The notes under the pieces were generated by a model. That model made no database searches and had not been told where the DNA came from. It saw nothing but the letters and a program-made list of their open reading frames with translations. A stretch of DNA of 64,000 nucleotides from an uncultured bacterium. Its GTDB lineage: Bacteria; Chloroflexota; UBA5177; JANWHV01. Shown piece after piece: positions 53,770-61,062 of the stretch (the stretch's first letter is position 1; each line of letters opens with the position of its first letter). The DNA lies in the NCBI GenBank assembly GCA_963729625.1, contig CAVSOU010000007.1:448001-512000 (forward strand). Reading direction: 5' to 3'. A program made the position numbers and the translations under genes.

Positions 53770-53798
53770 GGTGCGGCCTAGGCCGCACCCCGAGCGTT
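53761..53798. repeat. Perfect 38-bp palindrome
   Basis: AACGCTCGGGGTGCGGCCT|AGGCCGCACCCCGAGCGTT. Confidence 0.9.
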
Positions 53799-53875
53799 TG
53801 GGCTCGTGGTCAGACCGGCCGGCCGTGGCGCATCCGCTCTGGCCAGGGCCCGCGCAAATCCTGAACGCCTGGCAG

Positions 53876-54030
53876 ATGGCTCGCCGACATCCTGTGAGCA
53901 CATGGGCCACCGGTACCGGATACTTCCGGGGCGTTTCGCACTCGAGGGTAGTAGTTGCTTTGCACGAGCTTGGTGGCAACTGCAGCGACCGGGTAACTCT
54001 CGGAGCCATCGGCTCACTGGGTGGTCGTAG
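53876..54030 (+). pseudogene. Decayed tandem copy of the 60-aa WGS peptide gene
   Basis: MARR..GTGYF..HELGG resembles WRR..GTGLF..HGLGG; EPSAHW-G[t]GG-TCG-TAG resembles KPSAGWGS*; followed by the same 89-bp repeat. Confidence 0.6.
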
Positions 54031-54112
54031 GCGCCACACCGCGCGGCTGCGCCGGTTGGGGGAGCGACTGCCGGTCGCAGCAGTGCTAGTGTACTGAATA
54101 GGAAATGCTCGG
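54024..54112 (+). repeat. Copy 2 of the 89-bp imperfect direct repeat
   Basis: See 53681-53769. Confidence 0.8.
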
Positions 54113-54181
54113 ATCGCGGTGTACGCCGCGTCCCAGCCATGAGTTCTCCCGGGTGTTCGGAACGAGGTCGGACGAGCAGCC

Positions 54182-56989
54182 ATGTCACTACGTGCCCGGG
54201 CCTATGTCGGCAGCGTGCTTGGCGCCAGTGTCGCGCTGAGCGTGCTCGCGCTGCTTCGCTTCGCCCCAACGCTCGCGCTGTGTGAGACCTTTGCCGCCTT
54301 GACCGTCCTGGCCAGCGTGGCCCAGCTGTTCAAGGCCGAAGCCCCCAACCACGTGCTGCTCTACGCCAGCCCCATCTTCTTCTTTGCCGGTGTCCTGCTG
54401 CTGCCGCCCTTCCTGTTCGTTCTGTTGGTGGCTGTTCCGCACATGGTCGAGTGGGGTGTCGAGCGATTGCGGCACAGTCCTCACCTCCGTGCCTGGTACT
54501 TGCAGCCGTTCAATATCGCAATGAACTGGATATCCGGGCTGAGCGCGTACTGGCTGTACGCGCAGGTCAGTGGTGAGAACACCGCCAGCGTGCTTTCGAC
54601 CACCGTGCTCGCGGGTCTGGCCGCCGTTGCCTGCTTCGTCGTCCTCAACCACATCCTGCTGGGGCTGGCCCTCGCCCTCGCGCGTGGCGTGAGCTGGCGC
54701 GAGTCGGGCATGTTCGAGCTGTGGAGCCTGCTCACCGACCTGGTGCTGGCCTGCATGGGCCTGGTCGTGGCGGAACTCTGGCGGATACATCCCGCGTTCG
54801 TCGTGCCGGCCCTCGCTCCCCTGGTATTGATGTACCAGTCCCTGATGATCCCACGGTTGAAGCAGCAAGCCGAGATCGACGCCAAGACCGGTCTGTTCAA
54901 CTCCGGGCATTTCAAGACCATGTTTGGCGCCGAGCTGGCCCGGGCCACGCGGTTTGATCGGCCGCTCACGGTGATCATGGCCGACCTGGACCTGCTGCGT
55001 AACGTCAACAATCAGTACGGCCATCTCGCCGGTGACGTTGTTCTCGCCGGGATCGGCAAAATCATCCGTCAGACGATGCGCGAGTACGATATCAGCGGCC
55101 GATTCGGCGGTGAAGAATTCGTCCTGGTTGCCCCTGAAGCAGGTCTTACAACGGGCGAAAGCCTGGCAGAGCGACTGCGGCAGGCGGTAGCCGATGCTCG
55201 TTTTCCGATCGGGGCAGACGCCGCGCCGATCGGCGTGACGATGAGCCTGGGAGTAGCGTGCCACCCCCTGGACGGGAACACCGCGGAAACGTTGATCTAT
55301 GCAGCGGATATGGCGGTCCTCGAAGCCAAGACCAGGGGACGCAACTGCGTGGTGCGCGCCGCGGACCTGTCATGGGACCGCCGCGTCGCTCAGCCGGCCC
55401 CGCCTGAGCCCGATGCGGCCTCCGCCGGCGCCGTGACGCCGCAGCGATCGTCGCTGCAAGCAGAGGGGCCTCAGATACCGCCCGTCAGGCTCCTTGCGCC
55501 TGAAAGCCTGCGGAGCGCCTCTCCTCCCGAGACAGCCGAGCCAGCGTATCCAGGGACAAAGGCTCTGCCCCTGCGCGCAGGCTGGCTCGGCCAGGGCGCG
55601 GAACGCGATGGCGCGGATCGCGATCTGCCGGTGAGCAGCCAACGCGCGACGCAGGCGCCACCGCGTCTCGCGCGAATGCTTCCCCAGCCTGGGGTGGCCG
55701 TGGCCACGATGCTGCTGGCCATTGGCACAGTGCTTGCGGGGGTGCGGTACGAGGACATCTCGCTGGGATTGCAGCCCTTCGGCGAGATCCTCACGGCCGT
55801 ACTCCTGGCCGCCACACTCGTTCTGACTTACCGGTATCCGATTCATATCCGCCTGCACCTCAAGGTGCAGGTGTCTACGATGGTCTACTACCTGGTGGCC
55901 GCGCTGCTGCCCCTATCGTTGGGCATGGGTGTTGCGGCGCTGGGCACCCTGCTGGGCGAAGTATCCGTGCGCCGGCAGCGCAAGCTCTACCCGAGCGATA
56001 TTGCCACGGCCGTCGGCCGATGGACGGTGTTGGTGTTTCTGGGCACCTTGGTAGCACATGTGCCCGCACAAGGAGATGTCGCCCTGGCGCCGTTGGCGGC
56101 CTGCGCGGTGGTGCTGGCAATGGGCGACCTCCTCACGTTGCCGCTGATCATCGCATCGATAACCGGTGAGCGCCCGCTTCGCGTGCTGCGCGCGCTGGCC
56201 ACGGACACCGCCGTGCCAGATGGCATCCAGTACTTGCTTGGCTTCCTGGCGATTCTCGCATCCCAGCGCGCGGCGTGGGTACTGGTTCTCTGTGCGGTGC
56301 CTGCCGTTCTCGTTTACCAGGCCACGAAAGCCATGCATGAGGTGCAGGACTCCACGCACCATCTCCTGGAGGGCATGGCCGACACGGTAGACCTCCGCGA
56401 TTCCTACACCGGGGGTCATTCGCGGCGCGTGGCGGACTTCTGCCGCCGCATCCTGGATGAACTGGATCTCATGGGCCCCGATGCCGAGATGATCGTCTCG
56501 GCCGCGCGCGTGCATGATATCGGCAAAATCGCCATTCCCGACGCGATCCTCATGAAGCCGGGGCCCCTGACGGGCGAGGAGCGCGCCCAGATGCAGACGC
56601 ACGCGGAGCGTGGCGCCGAGGTGCTGGCCCGCCATCGAGATTTCCGGCATGGCGTGGCTGTTGTGCTGCACCACCACGAGGCGTGGGACGGCAGTGGGTA
56701 TCCGCGCGGGCTCAAAGGGCTCGCAATCCCGTTCGGAGCACGGTTGATGGCCGTAGCGGACGCCTTCGACGCTATGACAAGCGACCGGCCGTATCGCGGC
56801 GCGATGTCAGCAGCAAAGGCGGCAAGTATCTTGCGGCAGGGACGGGGTCTGCAGTGGGATCCTCAAATGGTCGATGCGCTGTTGCGCTGCATCGATGTTC
56901 AAACCGTGCTGGCCGAGCTCGCGGTGCTGCCGAGCCCCGACTGCACGACAGCCCAACGCCCCTCCAGCACGTCCGCGGCAGGCGCTTGA
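54182..56989 (+). CDS. Multi-TM sensor - GGDEF - second TM block - HD-GYP protein
   Basis: N-terminus paralogous to 36595-40017; REYD..FGGEEF; YTGGHSRRV, VHDIGK, HHEAWDGSGYPRGL. Confidence 0.93.
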   Translation: MSLRARAYVGSVLGASVALSVLALLRFAPTLALCETFAALTVLASVAQLFKAEAPNHVLLYASPIFFFAGVLLLPPFLFVLLVAVPHMVEWGVERLRHSPHLRAWYLQPFNIAMNWISGLSAYWLYAQVSGENTASVLSTTVLAGLAAVACFVVLNHILLGLALALARGVSWRESGMFELWSLLTDLVLACMGLVVAELWRIHPAFVVPALAPLVLMYQSLMIPRLKQQAEIDAKTGLFNSGHFKTMFGAELARATRFDRPLTVIMADLDLLRNVNNQYGHLAGDVVLAGIGKIIRQTMREYDISGRFGGEEFVLVAPEAGLTTGESLAERLRQAVADARFPIGADAAPIGVTMSLGVACHPLDGNTAETLIYAADMAVLEAKTRGRNCVVRAADLSWDRRVAQPAPPEPDAASAGAVTPQRSSLQAEGPQIPPVRLLAPESLRSASPPETAEPAYPGTKALPLRAGWLGQGAERDGADRDLPVSSQRATQAPPRLARMLPQPGVAVATMLLAIGTVLAGVRYEDISLGLQPFGEILTAVLLAATLVLTYRYPIHIRLHLKVQVSTMVYYLVAALLPLSLGMGVAALGTLLGEVSVRRQRKLYPSDIATAVGRWTVLVFLGTLVAHVPAQGDVALAPLAACAVVLAMGDLLTLPLIIASITGERPLRVLRALATDTAVPDGIQYLLGFLAILASQRAAWVLVLCAVPAVLVYQATKAMHEVQDSTHHLLEGMADTVDLRDSYTGGHSRRVADFCRRILDELDLMGPDAEMIVSAARVHDIGKIAIPDAILMKPGPLTGEERAQMQTHAERGAEVLARHRDFRHGVAVVLHHHEAWDGSGYPRGLKGLAIPFGARLMAVADAFDAMTSDRPYRGAMSAAKAASILRQGRGLQWDPQMVDALLRCIDVQTVLAELAVLPSPDCTTAQRPSSTSAAGA

Positions 56990-57151
56990 GACACCAGGCG
57001 GTAACAGTGCCGCTGCCAGCGCGCGCCGCGTGCTGCTCGAGTCCAAAGTCATACCCAATTGGGCATTGCGCTGCGCGGCAGGTCCGCTATGATGCGGTGG
57101 ACAGCGGAGTCATCTCTACTATTCGCGGGAAATCGACTTTGAACGCAGCAC

Positions 57152-59188
57152 ATGGCGACTGAATCGCCCTTCCGCGAGCGTAGCCAACCTCAAGCCGGCG
57201 GCACGTCCGTGCCCGCAAACGGGCGCGACGCGGCGCGACGCACCGCGCGAAGCCGCCGTGCCGAATCGTTCCGCGCTGAACCGGCGACGGACACGTCGCG
57301 CGTCGCCAGCAGCAAGCTTGGCGAGCTGCTGGTCGCGAACGGGAGTGCCACGAGCGACGGCGTGGAAGCGGGCCTGGACGAGCAGCGTCGCACCGGCGTG
57401 CGCCTCGGCGAGGCACTGGTGAGCCTCGGCTACGCCCGTGCCGATCGGGTGGCCCAGGCACTTGCCGCGCAATACGGTCTCGAGGCGCTCAGTTCACTCG
57501 AGTCATCCAGCGAGCGACCCACGTGCTGCACCACCGACGACACCTGGTACCAAACGCACCGCCTCGTTCCACTGTCTGTCAGCAATGGCATATTGCGCGT
57601 GGCTACCGCGGATCCGACGAATACCGCCTTGCTGGCTGAGGCCGCGCGCATTGCCGGGATGCCAGTTCAACCGATCGTGGCCACGAACCGCGACATCGAG
57701 CGGGCGCTTAACTCGCTGTTCGGTCTGCCGGACCTGTATAAGAGCGCCAACGACCTGCTTGAGCGCATGCCGGAAGACAGCGCGTATCAGGTGCTCAGCC
57801 GCGCCCAGAAGACCGCCATCCTCGGCGCACTCGTCGTCTGTCTGGCGGCGCTCCTGCTGGATACAACGGCCACCCTGATCGTGCTCATTACCCTGTTGAC
57901 CCTTCTGCACCTGGCTTCCTGTTTCTACAAGCTGTACCTGCTCAGCCAGGGCGTGAAAGCGGGGGAGACGATCTATTCCGCACCCGAAACCGCGCATCTG
58001 GACGATCGCACGCTTCCTGTCTACACGATCCTCGTCCCGCTGTACCGTGAAGCGGTCATGTTGCCGCAATTGCTCCAGGCACTGCAAGCCCTCGACTGGC
58101 CGAAAGCAAAGCTGGATGTGCGCTTGCTCCTGGAGCAAGATGACGTCCCCACCATCGACGCGGCATTCGCCGCGCGATTACCGGCCTATTTCACGTTTGT
58201 CATCGTGCCGCCCGGATTGCCGCGGGGCAAGCCCAAAGCATGCAATTTTGGCCTTGCCCACGCAAGGGGCAAGTACGTCGTGATTTTCGACGCGGAGGAT
58301 ATTCCGGAGCCCGACCAGCTCAAGAAGGTTTACGCGGCGTTCCAGCAGGCGCCGGCAGACCTCGGCTGCATTCAGTGCCATTTGAACTTCTACAACGCCG
58401 ACCAGAATCTGCTCACCCGGTGGTTCACGGCCGAGTATTCGGTGTGGTTCGACATCCTCCTGCCCAGTGTGCAGGCCGCGCGGGTGCCGGTGCCTCTCGG
58501 AGGAACATCGAACCATTTCAAACGCGATGTGCTCGAGCAGCTCGGGGCGTGGGATCCCTATAACGTGACCGAGGACGCCGACCTGGGAGTGCGCCTCTTC
58601 AAGCGAGGTTACCGCACCGCCGTCTTGACGTCGACGACCTACGAAGAGGCGAATCCGCGCGTCGGCAACTGGCTGCGGCAGCGTTCGCGCTGGATCAAGG
58701 GCTATCTTCAGACCTGGCTGGTGCACATGCGTCACCCGATTGTTCTGTGGCGGGAGCTTGGCCCGCGCGGTTTCCTGGGCATTCAGTTTCTCCTTGGCGG
58801 TACTGTGCTGGTGCTTCTGCTCAATCCACTCTTCTGGGCCCTGGTGCCTCTATGGTTCACCACGCGATCGGCGCTGCTGCTGCAGCTCTTCCCTGGTCCC
58901 GTCTTTTACCTGGGCGCCGCCGCCCTCTACGTCGGCAATATCCTGTTCATTTATCTTGCCATGGCGGGGTCGCTCGGACGCGGATACCATTCCCTCACCA
59001 AGTACGCGCTCCTCAGCCCGGTCTATTGGGTGCTCATGAGCATCGCAGCCTGGAAAGGCGCCCTGCAGCTGCTGAGCCGGCCACACTACTGGGAGAAGAC
59101 GAAGCATGGCCTTGCGCGCTACGCGGTGGTGCCAGCGGCCCTTCCGCCAGACGCGGCAGTGATACACAAGAAGTCGGGGACCCCGTGA
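57152..59188 (+). CDS. Processive GT2 glycosyltransferase with N-terminal MshEN/T2SSE_N domain
   Basis: KLGELLVANG...LDEQ and RLGEALVSLG...LAAQ; FDAED, VTEDADLG, RQRSRW; C-terminal TMs. Confidence 0.9.
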   Translation: MATESPFRERSQPQAGGTSVPANGRDAARRTARSRRAESFRAEPATDTSRVASSKLGELLVANGSATSDGVEAGLDEQRRTGVRLGEALVSLGYARADRVAQALAAQYGLEALSSLESSSERPTCCTTDDTWYQTHRLVPLSVSNGILRVATADPTNTALLAEAARIAGMPVQPIVATNRDIERALNSLFGLPDLYKSANDLLERMPEDSAYQVLSRAQKTAILGALVVCLAALLLDTTATLIVLITLLTLLHLASCFYKLYLLSQGVKAGETIYSAPETAHLDDRTLPVYTILVPLYREAVMLPQLLQALQALDWPKAKLDVRLLLEQDDVPTIDAAFAARLPAYFTFVIVPPGLPRGKPKACNFGLAHARGKYVVIFDAEDIPEPDQLKKVYAAFQQAPADLGCIQCHLNFYNADQNLLTRWFTAEYSVWFDILLPSVQAARVPVPLGGTSNHFKRDVLEQLGAWDPYNVTEDADLGVRLFKRGYRTAVLTSTTYEEANPRVGNWLRQRSRWIKGYLQTWLVHMRHPIVLWRELGPRGFLGIQFLLGGTVLVLLLNPLFWALVPLWFTTRSALLLQLFPGPVFYLGAAALYVGNILFIYLAMAGSLGRGYHSLTKYALLSPVYWVLMSIAAWKGALQLLSRPHYWEKTKHGLARYAVVPAALPPDAAVIHKKSGTP

Positions 59189-59303
59189 TGGGTGCTCGGC
59201 CCGATCGTCGAGTGCGGGACGCGAAGGGCAAATCCAGTCGATCGTCTGGCCCGGCCCCGCTTCGAACCTCGGGTTTCGCAGGCAGAACCGTGCCATTTTC
59301 GCT

Positions 59304-60944
59304 TTGGCGTTCGTGTTCTACCTCTTGGTCGCCCTCTATCTTCGCCGGCTAGACCTGTACATGCAAGACGCGGTTGCTCGCACGGCCCAGGCCTTCTCCG
59401 TCCTCTACTCGCGCGACCCGCACCTTGGCGCGCTGGGCTTCGTGTGGAACCCGCTGCCGGCCTTGCTGCAACTGCCCTTAATCACCGTTCTGCATACGGT
59501 TCGCCTCGACCCGTTGCTGGCGAGCAATATACTGACCGCGGGCTGCGGTGCGGCGGCCCTGTGCGTGTTGAACGCTTTCATGCTCCGCGCAGGACTCTCC
59601 TCCCGCCTGCGTTTGCTGCTCCTCGCTCTCTATGGCCTCAATCCAGTCATCGTGCTGTATAGCGCCAACGGGGAGAGCGAGGCGCTCTTCATCCTGCTGA
59701 TCGTGAGTCTGGTCACGAATTTCGTCGAATGGGCGGATACACGGTCCCTGCGCGCCCTGCTGTCCATGACGCTCATCTCCGCGCTGGCAGTGCAGGCCCG
59801 CTACGAATCGCTCGCACTGATCGCAGCGGTCGCAGCGGCGATCATCCTCACCTGTATGCCCCTCACCCGGCACATCGGCGTCTCGGCTGCCGCCCGGCGG
59901 ATGGAGAGCTACTCGATTGCGTACCTGGCCGCCCCAGTTTATTCCTGCGCGATCTGGGTCTTCTTCAACTGGATGATCGAGGGGGACGCCCTGTTCTTCC
60001 TGCGCAGCGCGTACAGCAATATCGCGGATACCGCTCAGTTCAGGTCGAATGCTGGAAGCTACCTCCATGGAGTGGTCTACTCCTGGCCGGGCGCATTCCG
60101 GTACGGCGCCCGCGAAATGCTCTGCATCTTCCCCGCGTTTGCCGTGATCCTGCTGCTCGCGTTGTTCCTGGCCATGGCACGGCGTGAGCGAGGGATTTCG
60201 TTGTTCGGTGTTCTACTGATTTCCCTGGCAATCCCTGGGTTCGAGATCGCGATGATCGAGCGGGGCGCTTCTTACGGCTGGCTCCGTTTCTTCATATATG
60301 TGATTCCTTTCTCGTTCCTGCTGCTCACCGTGCTCTGCCGGACAGTTCCCAGCTTGATTGGGGGGCGAGGCGCCAAACTCGTCTGGGTGCTGATTGTTTT
60401 CGCGCTGCTCAGCTCGGACGTTGCGAGCTGGATCGCCATGAATACGCCCTCCCTCGGTCGCGAAGAACGATACGTCACCTGCAAGATCTTGCACCCAGGC
60501 CGGATATCCAGCCACGACACGATTCGCGACCCCAAGGCGATCGATGCCGTGGTCCAATCTCTGCCGCCGGGCCGCGTCCTGCTCGATACCTACCAGGGTT
60601 TCGCCATCCCACTCGTTTCTCCCAATCCGACACGCTACGTGATAACCTCGGACCTTGACTTCTCGGCAATACTGCACCATCCCGCGGGTATGGTGCGCTA
60701 TATCCTCGTCCCTTACCCCGACGCGGTTGGCCTTGACGATAGTATCAACCAGCAGTATCCCAATCTGTGGGAACGCGGCAGCCCCTGGACGCGCTTGCTC
60801 CGCGACTTTCCGCAGACCTTCAATCATTGGAGACTCTACGCGGTGGTCGGCGTCCCTCCCACGGGGGCGCGCGACCGGCAACCTGCCCGTACGCAACCCC
60901 TGCCCGCCAGGAATACAACACCAGAACAGTGTGAGAATGGGTAG
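59304..60944 (+). CDS. Multi-TM GT-C/GT39-like membrane protein (5' end possibly frameshifted from ATG 59188)
   Basis: DAVAR...GFVWNPLP, NPVIVLYSANGESE, RYE, many TMs, soluble C-terminal domain. Confidence 0.75.
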   Translation: MAFVFYLLVALYLRRLDLYMQDAVARTAQAFSVLYSRDPHLGALGFVWNPLPALLQLPLITVLHTVRLDPLLASNILTAGCGAAALCVLNAFMLRAGLSSRLRLLLLALYGLNPVIVLYSANGESEALFILLIVSLVTNFVEWADTRSLRALLSMTLISALAVQARYESLALIAAVAAAIILTCMPLTRHIGVSAAARRMESYSIAYLAAPVYSCAIWVFFNWMIEGDALFFLRSAYSNIADTAQFRSNAGSYLHGVVYSWPGAFRYGAREMLCIFPAFAVILLLALFLAMARRERGISLFGVLLISLAIPGFEIAMIERGASYGWLRFFIYVIPFSFLLLTVLCRTVPSLIGGRGAKLVWVLIVFALLSSDVASWIAMNTPSLGREERYVTCKILHPGRISSHDTIRDPKAIDAVVQSLPPGRVLLDTYQGFAIPLVSPNPTRYVITSDLDFSAILHHPAGMVRYILVPYPDAVGLDDSINQQYPNLWERGSPWTRLLRDFPQTFNHWRLYAVVGVPPTGARDRQPARTQPLPARNTTPEQCENG

Positions 60945-61062
60945 CGGCCACCGAGCGTACGACGCTCCGTGGTGGAGAGTCTTGATCCTTTCCCATCGGG
61001 GGATTGCTCGGCAGTTGGTTGCCGCAGCAGAATAGTGCGGAGGTCGACCGGTAGTCTCGGGG

